Both the position numbers and the translations under genes were made by a program. A model generated the notes under the pieces. It ran no database searches. It was not told the DNA's origin and saw only the letters and a list, made by a program, of their open reading frames with translations. From assembly GCF_004010195.1 (NCBI RefSeq), contig NC_057744.1, forward strand, positions 23,817,401-23,881,400: a stretch of 64,000 bases of DNA. The letters are read 5' to 3'. Origin of the DNA: Chiloscyllium plagiosum. Its lineage: Eukaryota. The stretch's first letter is position 1. Each line of letters begins with the position of its first letter. Of the stretch, positions 1 to 13,746 are shown in pieces.

Positions 1-850
1 GTGGCATCATGGTTTGAGGAGCATTTACTGGCTTGCTGTATCTAAAGTGATATTCAGCTGCCATACATTTGGTCCTGTCACAGAAAGTATTGACATCAAT
101 TATATACAGTTGAGGTCGAAGCACTGACTCTTCATTCACTCCACTGCTTGTAGCTTGCCAATGTACAAAAGATCCATTAATCCCTATTCAATGCTTCCTG
201 TTGACTAACCAATCATTTATCCATGTGAATATGTTACCCCTCACACGAAGTGCTCCTATCTTGTATAGTAACCTTCATGTCAAACTTGAGGAGATGCGTT
301 TTGGAAATCCAAGAACACCACATCTACAGATTTGCCTTTATCTACATTTTGACAAAGCCATGCTTCTTCCTCAAAAGGCTCTAATGGACTAGAAAACACC
401 TGATTTCCCTTCAGAAAATCACATTGACCTGATCTTATAATTTTCTAAGTATCCTGTTATATAGCCTCTTTAATACTAAATTCCAACAATGTTCCCGCCA
501 CTTTCTGTCTTCATCCTTTCTCGCATAATGTGTTATATTTGTTATTTTCCATTCTTAATCCAGAATCTAAGAAGTTTGGGGAAGATTAAAACCATGGCAC
601 CTCCTATCTCTGCTGCCATTTATGTTAATAGGAGTGGACCATTGGATTCTGGGAATATCAGCATTTGGGCTTAATGGTTTTTACAACTCGGGTGATATTC
701 TCTTCCACCTCTGGATTTTGAAATGTCTTTGGGATGTTTTCTAAGTCTTTAAAGTGATGGCAGATACAAGTTCAATATCTCCACCATTTTGTTGCTTTCC
801 ATTATCAATTTCCAAGACTCATTCTTTAAACGTCCATTATCACCTTTAGT
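1..850 (-). mobile_element. Old CR1 LINE fragments
   Basis: Reverse-strand RT-region motifs (TTTTGGAAATCCAAG...CACATC; TTGACTAACCAATC). Confidence 0.65.
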
Positions 851-1139
851 TACTTGTTTCTTGTTTAAATGCTAGCAGACAGTTGTTGTGCTTATATTAG
901 AGCTCAATTTCCCTCATATTCTACACTCCTTCTCATTATTTTGTTTAAGTGATTCTTTGCTGGCTCTTAAAATCTACACAGATTTCTTAACTACCACTAG
1001 TTTTTGCAGGTTTATCGTGTTTCTCTCAATTTTATGCCACACTTAACGTTCTTATTTAGACATTGCTAATATATACTTCTCAATGAGTCTTTCTTTCTCA
1101 ATGGAATCAATCTTGCCTTAGTTCAAACATGAACAAAAG

Positions 1140-2780
1140 AGCTGAATTTCAGAGGTGAGGAAAGAGTGACTGCCCTTGGCATCAAGGCCACATTCGACTA
1201 AGTATGGCATCAAGAAGCTCTTCCAAACCCATACCCAATATCACCTGGGACAGGGTAGCAGGTACGTGGGAACACCAACACCAGCAAGTCCCTGTCCAAA
1301 ACATTCAGCATCCTGACTTGGAAACAGATCGTTGTTCCTTCAAAGTCATGGCATCAAAACCATGGAAATCTCTCCACCGACCTACAGCACATGGACTGCA
1401 GCAGTTTGAGAAGGAAGCTCATAACCAGCTTTTCAAGGGCAGCTAGGGATGGACTATAATGCCATCCCAGCCAGTGACAAGCACATCCCACATTTGAATA
1501 AAAAAAACTGAAGATGTTCGCACATGACTACACAACGTTCAACACCATTTGTGACTCCTCAAATACTGAAGCAGCCTATCTCCAAATATAGCAAGATCTC
1601 TACAATATCCAGGCCTGGGCTGAAAAGTGGCAAAAAACATTCATACCACACAAATGCCAGGCAAAGAACATCTCCAACAAGAGACAATTTAACCATTGCC
1701 CATTGCCATTCAATGCTATCACCAGTGCTGAATCCCTTTCTAACATCCTTGGGGGTTATCATTGACCAAAAACTGAACTGGACTAGTCATACAAGTACAA
1801 TGGTTACAGAATTAGGTCAGAGGCGAGGAATCTTGCAGCGAATAACACACATCCTGATTCTTGAAAGTCTGTGCACTATCAACAAGGCACAACTGATTGA
1901 ACACTTCTCACTTGCCTCAGTGTGTGCAGTTCAACAAAATTCAAAAAGCTGGACACCACCAAGACAAAGCAACCCACTTGATTGGCAACACATCCACAAA
2001 CATTCAGACTCTCCAATATCAATGCTCAGTAGCAGCAGTGGTACCATCTACAAGATGCACTGCAGGAATTCAGGAATAATCCTTAGACAGTACCTTCCAA
2101 ACTCACAATCTCTTCCATACAGGACAAGGACAGCATACACAGAGGAACCTCGAATATCCGGCATTTGATTATCCGAATATCGGATTATCCAGCAATATCG
2201 CAAGGTCCCAATGCTCGAACAATGTTATCCGACATTCGATTATCCGGAATTCGATTAACCGAACGAAATATTGCCCACCCGTGTCCTTCGAATAACTGAG
2301 GTTCCTCTCTACATCGGATTGCCACTGCCTGCAAGTCCTCCTCCTCAATGAAAAAGAGCTATAACTTGAATACTTTAAAGAAACTTATTCTCATTCTGGA
2401 CTTTTAAAATTCTGTATTCCCATCTTTTTTTTGTAACCGTTTCAATTGTGTAACAGAGTATCTGTACCTAGGTACCCTGTACCTAACATGACGCCGAGAG
2501 GTGACATTACAAACTGTGCACTGCACACATTTGAGTGAATGTGACAATAAAGACTAGTCTATTCTAAACCACTCACCCACCCACTGGAATTATAACATTG
2601 TTCCTTCAGGGTTGCTGGCTCAAAATCTTGGAATTCCTTCCCTATTGGCATTGTGGAGTTATCGACAGCAGATGGACTGCAATGGTTCAAGAAGGCAGCT
2701 TTTGCCACCACCTTCTCATGGGCATCCAGGGATGGACAATAAATTCTCGGCCAGCCTGTGATGCTCACATCTCAGGAATA
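1140..2780. mobile_element. Cluster of L2/Crack-like LINE fragments (two plus, one minus)
   Basis: GIKATFD*VWHQ and QAWAEKWQ-type RT motifs; family 3' end AAGGAAGCTCATAACCAGCTTTTCAAGGGCAGCTAGGGATGG. Confidence 0.75.
2140..2309. mobile_element. Tigger/pogo-like MITE inside an L2-like LINE
   Basis: TIR CAGAGGAACCTCGAATATCCG / CGAATAACTGAGGTTCCTCTC, TA at the right end, internal GATTATCCG repeats. Confidence 0.8.
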
Positions 2781-2879
2781 CAGAGGAATCTCGATTATCC
2801 AAAGGACACAGGCAGGCAGTATTTTGTTCAGTTAATCAAATTCCAAATAATCGAATGCTGGGTAATCAAGATGCCTCTG
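2781..2879. mobile_element. Shorter, oppositely oriented copy of the same MITE
   Basis: TA|CAGAGGAATCTCGATTATCC...GGTAATCAAGATGCCTCTG|TA. Confidence 0.82.
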
Positions 2880-3299
2880 TAAACACAAAAAGGAACACAA
2901 GTTGCTACTCTGCTCCCTTTTAAGTTATAACACTTCCTCTGGGTAAACAGGTTTTTGATAGAATAAATCAAAATATGAATAGTAGTGGAGAATACAAATT
3001 AATCTTTGAATATTAAAAGACCATAAACATTAATCCCTTACACCTCCTCCACAGTTAATAAATATCTTTAGGCACTTTTATCTTTCTGCTGTTATTCTTG
3101 TAACATTTTTTCTGCTCTTTACATTTTATCTTTTATGATGCCAGTTTCTTCATTTCCTCATGATGCCAACTGGGAATTGCTAACTGTTTACATTGTTCAG
3201 TTTCATGATAAAAACAGATAGTCAGGTACTTCAAATAGTTGATTCAGAAGAACACTTTCTTATCAGCAGAAGGGCTCTCAGCCCCCTGGGCCAACAAGC

Positions 3300-3397
3300 C
3301 TCATTCCTGATGAAGGGTGTGTGCCCGAAACGTCAACTCTCCCGCTCCTCAGATGCTGCCTGACTGGCTGTACATTTCCAGCGCCACACTCTTCAAC
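3300..3397 (+). mobile_element. PLE terminus with hammerhead motif (3307-3334)
   Basis: CTGATGAAGGGTGTGTGCCCGAAACGTC followed by GATGCTGCCTGACTGGCTG. Confidence 0.8.
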
Positions 3398-4801
3398 TAA
3401 GTATGTGAAGTCTTCAGGTTGGAAAGGATTCTATAGTTTTTGCACCAATTCATGGAAAAAGGCCCTGGGGTCAGAATGCACAGGCCCTGAACCATTTGGG
3501 CTTTGACGAGAAATTTGGAAAACATACAAAGCCAAGTGTAGCCCTTCTTGATATTGGGACAATAAGTTGTATTTTCTGTCTAGCTTCCAGATGTTAAGTC
3601 AAGATTCTCACTGGTGAGCAGCAAAAGGCTTATTGAAGGGTTTATCTGTCATTATTACTTATGAAAACTATTCTAACACCTGCCAGGTAGAAGTAAGAGT
3701 CTGAGAAGTCCCCACATGAAAGTCAGAATGTATATGTCATGATTCCTATTCACTGCTCATTCCTCTGGACCCAATTTGGACATCCAGTACCAACACCTCA
3801 GGGCATGGTCCATGGGCAGCAGGTATGCACAACCCATGGGCACTGGTACCTGGTCTATGCCAACCTCTCTACAACATCATGGCATATGTCCAATTCATTT
3901 ACAGTGCACTTCTGCACTTTAATGCTGCACATTGGAGTTCACTGGCAACTACAATTGGGATGCATGCTGCAAAGACACTTTGCATGAAGGGTCAGGCATC
4001 CAGCTCACGGGTTGGAGCAGGCGGCTTCTCACAGCTGCTCACTTACTTTCTTAGCTCTCAGTCAATTAGAATCGGCCCAAATGTTGTCAACATTCCTTCC
4101 TTGCCTTTTAGTGCTGTGCTTCCTGAGCTGGTGTTATCAAGAGCACAGTGTTTCTGCCTTAACTTGCTTTTTTGCATATAATCAGGAAACTTATCATCAT
4201 TATCAGCAATCATCAGTCAAAGAGGCAGATGTATTCCTGTACACCACCATGCTGTGTCAATCTCCTACCTGCACAATGTGCCAGCAGTATACACAGCAAA
4301 CACACCAAATGTGCTACCAGCAAATAGACATATCTCAAAGTCTAAGGGAAGTAATCCTCTGTTAAGATAAGGGAAATGCCTTTCAGTAAGGTAGGCACAG
4401 AACAGTAAGTCAAAGGCAACTTTCAGTCTTAATGCAGAGGCTTGGACATGGCCATTCACTTGGTCAGAGTTGTGATCTTTCCTCTCAGAGGGTGAGGAAT
4501 AAAATGAGTCAGCCACCATCCATTTTGCATCTTTCTGACCTATTGTGGGCTGTTTTCTCCTGGAATGAGAGAATGGGAGAGATTGAGTGAGATGAAAGTG
4601 GGTGTGACATTTGTTAGCACTGGACAGGTCAGGAAAATTTTCTGAGTTGGCCTGAGTGAACCAGCAGTGCAAAGGTCTCAAAGGGTTCAGTGCTGGGAAT
4701 TGTATAGTGAGGGAAGATGTTACATGCAATAGTTCTGTGCATTATCACAAGCATTAATAGAGATGGAGTAGGAAGTAGCAGAAAGAAGTGGCGGCACTTA
4801 C

Positions 4802-5026
4802 CCTGGGGAAGCAGGGATGGTCATTGACCTTCTTTCTACACTGTTGTATGTTCCTACACAACTGAGCCCAGGTGACAACTTTGGACCAGCCTGGCAGAAC
4901 CTGAAGTCACAGCCTCTTCTGTCAGTTCTATGGGAAAAGAAGTTCCTCTTTCACACCACCTCATCCAGCAGAACCTCCAAGTCCCAGTCCTCAACGAGGG
5001 CCAGCAACTTCACTGCATCTGCCATG
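4802..5026 (-). pseudogene. Myb/SANT-like DNA-binding ORF remnant, probably from a PIF/Harbinger transposon (element about 3.6-5.5 kb)
   Basis: MADAVKLLALVEDWDLEVLLDEVV*KR...GWSKVV...RNIQQCRKKVND, with a stop and frameshifts, ending at donor AGG|GTAAGT. Confidence 0.65.
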
Positions 5027-6024
5027 TCCAAGACAAATGGGGCAAACTATGCAGAGCAGCACTGGTCAGGCAGTGCATGAGTGAATGCCCAATGACCTTT
5101 TGAAGATGGCACTGGGGCTAAAGAATCTGGTATATCCCAGTAGTGGCAAGGTAAGGTGAATGGGAGAATTGAGGTAGGATCCAATAACAGGGCATGGTAA
5201 GTAATGTATGAGGTGAGTTTGGGATAATAGTGTGAAAAGATTCACTAGGCCTTGCAAAGAGAATCCTTGTATGGAACTCAACAAAATGTGATTTTGCCAA
5301 AATATGATAAGATTGAGCCCTAAGATTCTCTTAAGGTTCAGTGGAAAGTGTCAGTGCTCTTGACTGTAGCAAATGCTTTTGTGAATGTGTTCAGTGACTG
5401 ACACCCTGGTAACCATAAAGCAACAAAAACCTCTCATGATGAATGAAGGCAGATTTCATTCTGGAATGTCTCTTCTCCAGTATTCCCATCGGCTGGAATA
5501 ATAACACACTGCATTAACTTAAGACACTAAGAAACAAAGCCAGCAAATGCAACAGCAACTCACAAACCCCAAAGTAAGTTAGCTTCTGCTGAAGCAAAAG
5601 CAAATCCACCCCTTCACAAACATAACCAACACTGTGAAGACAAGGCATATACCATCTTTTACACATTTCTAATGCAAAAACATCTTTTTGTTCACAAGTT
5701 GAATATCTTTTAAACATTTTATTCTTTTTAACATTATTTCAAGGATAATTTAATTTGCAAAATAAGTAATACACATCTATTCATTTGACACATCAATTCA
5801 TCAACTTACTCTGAAGTTAAGTAGGTCATTAGATGATGCAGCTCAACATTAACAGTAGAAAAATTAAAAACTTTATACACAGAATTGCTCTTACATGACA
5901 TGTTAGAATTCAACACTTGGATATAATCACAAAAATATGTGCACTGATAAACTAGTAACAGAAAATGTGCACAATAATATACATTATAAGAAGTCCTACA
6001 TAACAACACAGTTTCAGTGGGGTC

Positions 6025-6320
6025 ATAGAGTTAGAGCTGTACAGCATGGAAACAGACCCTTCAGTCCAACTCATCCATGCCATCCAGATATTCTTAATTA
6101 ATCTAGTCCCATTTGCCAGCATTTGGCTCATATCCCTCTAAACCCTTCCTATTCATATACCCATCCAGATGCCTTAAAATGATGTTATTGTACCAGCCTC
6201 CACCACTTTCTCTGGCAGCTCATTCCATACATACATCACCCTCTGCATGAAAAAGTTGCCCCTTAGGTCCCTTTTAAGTCTTTTCCTTCTCACCTGAAAC
6301 CTATACCCTCTAGTTTTGGA
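6025..6320 (-). mobile_element. CR1 3' end
   Basis: GTCATAGAG...TGTACAGCATGGAAACAGACCCTTC is the reverse complement of the tail at about 35.5 and 41.4 kb. Confidence 0.9.
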
Positions 6321-7889
6321 GTTAAGTTAAAATACCAGACCCTCTGGTATAAGGTATTGACAACTGATCGAATGAGAGTAACGAACAAGACATCTCAGTT
6401 TTTTCACTCAGACCAACTAATCTTTGATTAGCTGATGCTACCTATTTCTTCGTATTTATTTCCAGCTATAATGTAGTGTTTATAAATAACATCAAAACCA
6501 CCAATCTTAAAACTATACATCACTGAACAGATGTGAGTGATGAAACAATTAGACTGTAGAAGAGTGATCCAGAAACCATTTATGAAACTCATATTCCTCA
6601 ACACTTCAAATATCATAGTTCAACCGTAACTTGTAACATAACACCATTAACTGTTTCCATCCAAGAATACGTAGCAGCTATACTGGGACGAACAGCAACA
6701 ATGCTTCAATGTTATCCTCTTCCAAATAAGAGTAGTAGCATTTAAGGCATTAATTTTGTTATTCTCTCCACAGATGCTGCCAGACCTGCCTGCTTTTGCC
6801 CACACTTTGTCTTCCTTTCAGATCTCCAGCATGCACCGGATGTTACACTTGCTTCACTATTAGAATTGGATCTGCTGACTGTAACCATTGACTGCTGGTG
6901 AATGTGAATGCCAGCAACATTTTTTAAAAGTCATTTTTAAAATGGGCACCACTAGATGACCAGCATTTATTGCCTGTCCCTAGTTGCTCTTGAAGAGGTG
7001 GTGGTGAGCTGCCTTCTTGAACCACTGCAATCTACCTGCTCACCACCACCTTCTCAAGGGCAACTAGGGAGGGGCAATAAATGCTCACCAGCCAACAACA
7101 CCCACATTCTACAAATGAATGAAAAAATGCACCAACTAAGCAACTAACATTTAATCAGACAAGAAATTTGGTAAATAAAACTTTTTTTGAGTTCTTATCT
7201 GCACCATCCATTGCTACAATAAGCTGCAGACAGATTGAGAATTGGCTCCCATCTTTTAAAACTTTTGGTTGATCACAGAAACGTTTTTTTTAAGCTTGTA
7301 GTTTCTCACTCTTCAATTAAATGCTCAGCTAACCAGATCAAAGTAGAGGAGCCAACTGCAAGATTGGCTTGAGAGAAATAATCAAGTAGAACATCAATCA
7401 TACACACAAATATAGGTGCCAAGTTTACAAAAGAGAATCTAATATCATAGGAAGATTAAGAATATGCAGTTTAAAACACATTTAGAATCTTGGAGTTGTT
7501 ATATTTAAACCCGACACTGGGTTGTTTCGTTGATGTATCCTCAGCAATGGTGAAATTTGTAGAATCCTCGGATTCTCAGTATAGGAAATTTCTTCAACTT
7601 GTTTTAACACTATTGCTGACCTTTGAAATGATGAAAAAAGGAACAGGCAGAATCTTCAAGACCTTGCTGTAATCAAATTACTTTCTTTCTACTTGCTGCT
7701 CTGCTATGACTTCCCATTCGGGCTTCAATGCCATTCTAAGCTGGATAATTTCAGGAATATGCGTAACTTCTCAAACAAATATAGTAACAACAATAGATGC
7801 GAGTTTCTTGATGCCTGATGCAGTTGATTGATTTCAATGACTTTAGAAAGAACAGTAATTTCAGTTGAAATTATTTTCCCATTGTAGAC

Positions 7890-8988
7890 TAATGGAGAAA
7901 GTGAATTCACATGATGTGTAGGGTGTTCTAGTTAGGTAGATAAAGAACTGGTTGAGCAACAGGAGACAGACAGTAGTAGTTGAAAGGAGTTTCTCGAAAT
8001 GGAGAAAGGTGACCAGTGGTGTTCCACAGGGGTCAGTATTGGGGCCACTGTTGTTTGTAATATACATAAATGATCTAGAAGAGGACACTGTTGGTATGAT
8101 CAGCAAGTTTGCAGATGACACGAAGTTTGGTGGTGTAGCAGAAAGCATAAAGGACTGTCAGAGAATACAGGAGGATATAGATAGACTAGAGAGTTGGCAG
8201 AAAAGTAGCAGATGGCTTTCAATCCAGATAAATGTGAGGTGATGCATTTAGGCAAGTCTAATTGTAGAGCAAATTATACAATGAATGGGAGAAACTTGGG
8301 AAAAGTTGATGGGCAGAGAGATCTGGGAGTGCAGGTCCATTGTACCCCGAAGGTTGCTGCACAGGTGAATAGAGTGGTCAAGAAAGCATATAGTATGCTT
8401 GCCTTCATTGGACGGGGTATTGAGTATAAGAGCTGGCAAGTCATGCTAAAATTGTACAAGACATTGGTTCGGCGGCATTTAGAATACTGTGTACAGTTCT
8501 GGTCGCCACATTACCAAAAGGATGTGGACGCTTTGAGAGGGTGCAGAGAAGGTTTATGAGGATGTTGACTGGTATGGAAGGTGCTAGCTATGAAGAGAGG
8601 TTGAATAGGTTAGGTTTATTTTCACTAGACAAAATCATGAAAGGTATAGACAGGGTGGATAGAGATAAGTTTTTTCCTAGGGTGAAGAATTCAATAACGA
8701 GAGGTCATGCTTTCAAGGTGAGAGGTGGAACGTTTAAGGGGGATAACGCAGTAAGTACTTCACACAGAGGGTGGTGGGCGTTTGGAACGCGTTGCCAGCA
8801 GAGGTGGTAGAGGCAGGCACAGTAGATTAATTTAAGATGTGTCTGGACAGATGCATGAGTAGGTGGGGAGCAGAGGGATACAAATGCTTAGGAATTGACC
8901 GACAGGTTTAGACAGTACATTTGGATCGGCTCAGGCTTAGAGGGCCAAAGGGCCTGTTCCTGGACTGTAAAGTTTCTTTGTTCTTTGT
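7890..8988 (+). mobile_element. CR1 LINE 3' part
   Basis: SGVPQGSVLGPLLFVIYINDL, KFADDTK, HLEYCVQFWSP; (TTCTTTG)n tail. Confidence 0.95.
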
Positions 8989-10215
8989 TAAATTATTCCA
9001 TATTGGTTTCATGAATCTGTCTCAATTTGTGGTCAGAATGACTGTCACAGCCATTTTACATCCAGGTTTTGTCCTTGTTAAAAGCATCACAGTCTCTGAA
9101 AATCTCAGGTACTAAAATCACTTGAAGTTGAAAACTGATAGTTCTTATTTCACTGCTATTGAGACAGTATTAAATAAACAGTAAAAACTATTAGCTTTCT
9201 CATTGCTCCCTCCAATTGACTTCACTCACTTTCACCAGATCTCTCGGCTTATTTTGGGATTTAAATCAGATTCAGGTCTCTGTCAACATGAATATTTTTG
9301 TACTGATAGATTCTCCAATTCTGAAATCTGGTCACTGTTTATAGAAGATGGTGCCTGTCTCCTTCAAATCGGACTACTAATAATCATTTGGTAGTACAGA
9401 ACCTGAATATTGTTGTAAAATGACATACATTATCAAAGTCTTTCACCTTGTAGTTGTCAGGACAGAAATACCAATGCAAAGGGGACATTTCTATACTGTT
9501 GGGAACAGCATGCTGATTGGTTGGCAAGTGGATTCTGAATAGGAGGGGTGCGACTATGGAAAACACACCAGTTAGATAATGACTGATAGCAACCTGCCAA
9601 GAATTTATTAAATTAAAACCAGGCAGATTCGTTCAGATAGTTCAAGGCATGGTCCTACAGAAGGAACCAGAGAATAACTGTCCCCTGTTCTGTTGAGTTG
9701 AAACGATGTGTCGATATGCTCTTTCTGTCTGCAAACACTAGGGGCTTGTGTACTAACATATTAGCTTCAAGTATGCAGAAGTGCATCTTACTACAAGCCT
9801 GACTGACACTCTTAAATTCATCATCTGTGTAATTCCTAGCACATTCATGATTATACAGTAAATGTAGTTCACTCATGTATCACATCTAATGTTAAACACC
9901 ATGTTTCATGATTTGCAAGCACAGCCTGGTTGGTTACAATCAGCAACTTGTCTGTTGCTGATAGTACAACTGGAGTGTTCTTTGATAGATTTTTGCCAGA
10001 CTTAATGATGTACAGACAGGTATCACACCAGCACTGCAATCCTTACACTACTGTATGAATGCCAGTCCACATACAAAGAAAAATACAATTATATAATGCT
10101 TTTCAAAACTGCAGGTTATCCACACTTAATGGCTTGTTATTTTTGTAATGCAGAAACAAAATGACAGATCATCATCTCAAGGCACTTCATCTGAATAATC
10201 AGATAAAAATTCGTA

Positions 10216-10421
10216 CAGGTCGTTCTGCAATAGCGGGTGTTTTGTTAATGCAAATTCACTGTCACGCGATTGGTGAATTGGGGACACAGTTTCTAAAGCA
10301 TGAACTTTTAAAATGTGTGTTGGTTGAAATGTGACTACATCGCCAACACTTTAAGAGTGATTTTTCTATAATGTGGGGGTTGCACAAGAACGCAACCATC
10401 ATGTTATGGAAGAACTACCTG
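10216..10421. mobile_element. Tc1/mariner-superfamily MITE
   Basis: TA|CAGGTCGTTCTGCAATAGC...GTTATGGAAGAACTACCTG|TA. Confidence 0.75.
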
Positions 10422-11194
10422 TATGTAAAAAAGATGAGAGAAATTGCTAGTCATGTTATTGAAGTTGAATAAATGCACAGAACCATCATGTATCAATTCA
10501 CAGTTTTGAGGGAATATACAACAAAACATTAGGTTAAATAGATGGGATAATGAATAATGGCAAATAAAGTCCATTATATGCACTAATGTTTTTGCACAGG
10601 GCATCGAAACAAGGCAGTAGATAGCAGAAATTATGTTGTTGTCTATGACTTGTCCTTTTTATTTCCTTATGTTGACCCCGATCATAAGTTGAAACAATTT
10701 CTTGGTCGATTATACATTTTCAAAAGTCAAACTCTTATTGTCCTAAAACTGAAAATTGTAAAATAACTCAGCAAGCGGAAGTAGCCAAAATATCAAATCT
10801 GAAATAAAGAGAATAACAATTAAAATTGCATGTTATTGTTACATGTAAACAAAATTAGCAATTGCAAATAGAAATGATGATTAACATAATAAACCCTTAC
10901 TAGCCTAAACTAGAATGTCAGATTTTCTCTCACACAGATTTATCAACAGGTAATGTGGCCTCTCAGTAAGCTAATGATTCATGTGGGACAGGATCATATT
11001 GGAAAAGGTTAAAATTCAATGAAAGCCGTGAATGAATATGTTAATCTATCGACTGTACAACACACTTGTCAAGTTTGAGGTAAGTTACTACACTGTTGTT
11101 AGATTTAAAGATAAATTTCAAATCAAAGGTTTTGTATATTTCGCTGTGCAAAGGTGAGATACACACATACACATATACACAGAGATTCTTGGTT

Positions 11195-13000
11195 GGTAAA
11201 ATGTGGAGCTAGAAAAGCACAGCAGTTCAGACATCATCAAAGGAGCAGGAAAGTGGACATTTCAGGTCAGGACCCTTCATCAGAACTGGGGAGGGGGAAG
11301 GGAGCTCAGAACCATATAGAGGGAAGGGAGTAGGGCTGGGGGAAAGGTAGGTGGGATGGTGATAGGTGGATGCAGGGAGTGGGTTATTGTGTTTGGTCAG
11401 TGGGAAGGATGGAGCGGATAGGTGAGAATGACGATGGACAGGTTAGGTCAAGTCAAGGAAACAGGCAAGAGATGGATGTGGGATGAGGTTGGGGGTGGGA
11501 AGATTTTGAAACTGGTGGAATATATGGTGTTGTTCCTCCAGTTTGCGTATGGCCTCATTTGACAGTGGAGGAGGTCCAGGATTGACATGTTGCCAAGGGA
11601 GAGGGAGGGGAAGTTGAAATGGTTGGCAAGTGGAAGGTGGTGTTGATTGGAGCATACAAAGCACAGATGCTCTGCAAACCAGTCCCCGAGTATGCATTTT
11701 GTCTCCCCAGTGTAGAGGAGACCATATCAGGAGCAATGGGTGCAACAGACTAGTTGCAAAGAGGTGCAAGTGAATCCCCGTCAGATCTGAAATGATTGTT
11801 TGGAGCCTTGATGGAGATAAGAGGGGAGGTGTAGGGGCAAGTGTTGCACTTTGTGCAGTTGCAGGGAAAGGTGGCAGGTGTGGAGGAGAGGTTGGTGTGC
11901 AGTGTGGAACTGATGAGGCTGTCACCAAGTAAACAATCCCGATGGAAGGCAGATAGGGGTGGGGAAGAAAATATCTGTTTGGTGGTGGGGTCTGCCTGCA
12001 GATGGCAAAAATGGCGAAGGATGATGCGTTGGATTTAGAGGCTGGTGGGGCAGTATGTGAGGATTAGAGGGATTCTATCCTTGTTGTGGTTGGGGGGAGG
12101 GAGTGTGAGGTCAGAGGTATGGGAATGGAGGAGATATGGTTGAGGGCATTATTGATCCTGGGAGAGGAAAAAATACAGTCCTTGAAGTAGGAAGACGTCT
12201 GGGATGTCCTAGAGTAGAATCCCTCATCCTGGGAACAGATACAGCAGTAGCAGACTGAATTGAGAGTATCAGATCTCACTTTTGCAGGACGGCAGGTGAG
12301 AGGAGGTGTAGTTGAGGTAGCTGTGGGAGCCAATGGGTTTGAAATGGATGTCGGTGCTAAGTCAGTTTCTGGTGATGCAGACTGAGAGGAAGGGGACGGA
12401 GGTATCAGATATGGTCCAGGTGAATTTGAGGTCAGGGTGGAAGGTATGGGTGAAGTTGATCAACTGTTCGAGCTCCTTGTGGGAGTACAAGACAGTGCCG
12501 ATACAGTTATCAACGTTGCAGAAGAAAAGGTGGGGGATGGTCTTCGTATAGCTGCAGAAGAGGGACTGTTCCATGTATCCTACATAAAGGCAGGTATAGC
12601 TTGGAGCCATGCAGCTACTCCTTTGGTTTATAGCAAGTGGAAGGAGTCAAAGGAATAATTGTTGAGGGTGAGGACCAGTTCTGCCAGGTGAATAAGAGTG
12701 TCAGTAGATGAGCACTGGTTGGGCCAACGGGAGTAGAAGAAATGGAGAGCTTTTAAACTCTCAGTATGGGGGCTAAGGTGTAGAGAGACTGAATGTCCAT
12801 GTGAAGATGAGGTGTTGAAAGGTGGGGAATTGAAAGTCTTGGAGAAGACCAATGGTGTGGGTTGTGACCTGAATGTAGGTGGGGAGTTCCTGGGACAAAG
12901 GGGAGAGAATGGAGTCAAGATATAAGAGATGAGTTCAATGGGGTAGGAGCAGACAAAAACAACGAGTCAACCGGGCTAGTCGGGTTAATGGATTTTGGCC
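11195..13000 (-). mobile_element. Neptune-type Penelope-like element fragment (RT, GIY-YIG remnant, 3' terminus)
   Basis: LAELVLTLNNYSFD, MAPSYTCLYVGYMEQ, FHPDLKFTWTISDTSVPFL, RKLEEQH; terminus with hammerhead-like CTGATGA...GAAA at 11256-11283. Confidence 0.88.
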
Positions 13001-13698
13001 ACATAGAATCTATCTGACTATAATAGATTCAATGATATTCCTTTGTACTATACAGTCAAATTCTATAGTAATTCAATAAAGCAAAAACCTATGTCAAGCC
13101 TACACTTGAAATTGGATCTACAATTTGATTAGGATGAATACTTCTGATTTGAGTAATTGGCATATTATTTTTGCAAACATTAAGCACTGATTACTCAATT
13201 GGCATTCCACATGTTACAATTTCAGAGCCTTCAACTGTAAATTAACATGGACCACATCAGTTACTCACACACACAAATGAAAAAAAAACAGAAAAAAGGG
13301 ACAAAAGTAAAATACTGAGGCTGTTGGAAATCTGAATTCCTCAGCAGACAGACAGCAAAGCCATTCAATAACTATTTGGCAGAATGATTCAGATGAAGGG
13401 TCTGACCTGAATTACTAACTCTCTTTCTTGGTCCACATATACTGTTTGACCAGATACAGCTTTCATGAGATCATGAGGGTAATGTTTGGGAATCATGAGA
13501 AACTTTTGATCTGTCCAAAATTTAGCACCCCCGTTTAAGTAATCCAAACATTCCACCTTTTCTTCTAGCTCTTTAGGACCAGTTTTTGCTTAAATATTTG
13601 TATGCTAGTGTTGTGGCTTCAAACTGAATAGCTACTGAGTGACTCAATTGCACGTATTTCCTGTTTAAAAGAAAGTCCATCCAGGTTGACATTCTCAC

Positions 13699-13746
13699 CT
13701 GCTTTGAAAAGTGTTCCACTGGAGAAAGATCTTGTCTGGCGTCCTT
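13699..13746 (-). CDS. Candidate 48-nt stalk exon following the Ig exon
   Basis: Branch-like TACTAAAT, acceptor CCTCTTTATCACAG|, donor AAGCAG|GTGAGA; 48 nt, phase 1/1, open and in frame with the V exon (EGRQTRSFSSGTLFKA). An upstream acceptor at 13833 would instead give GSLTKPELLLYQLK-stop. Confidence 0.45.

Noticed and set aside
1524-2168. 214-aa ORF
   Set aside because: Chance open frame across a decayed L2-like LINE that runs into a MITE.
2150-2260. Short GATTATCCG repeats as a CRISPR-like array
   Set aside because: Irregular subterminal repeats of a MITE in a eukaryotic genome; no spacers or cas genes.
7480-7890. Coding-looking minus-strand tract (possible viral fossil or cytoplasmic exon)
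   Set aside because: Stops in all frames and no motif I can recognise; it would need a translated homology search.
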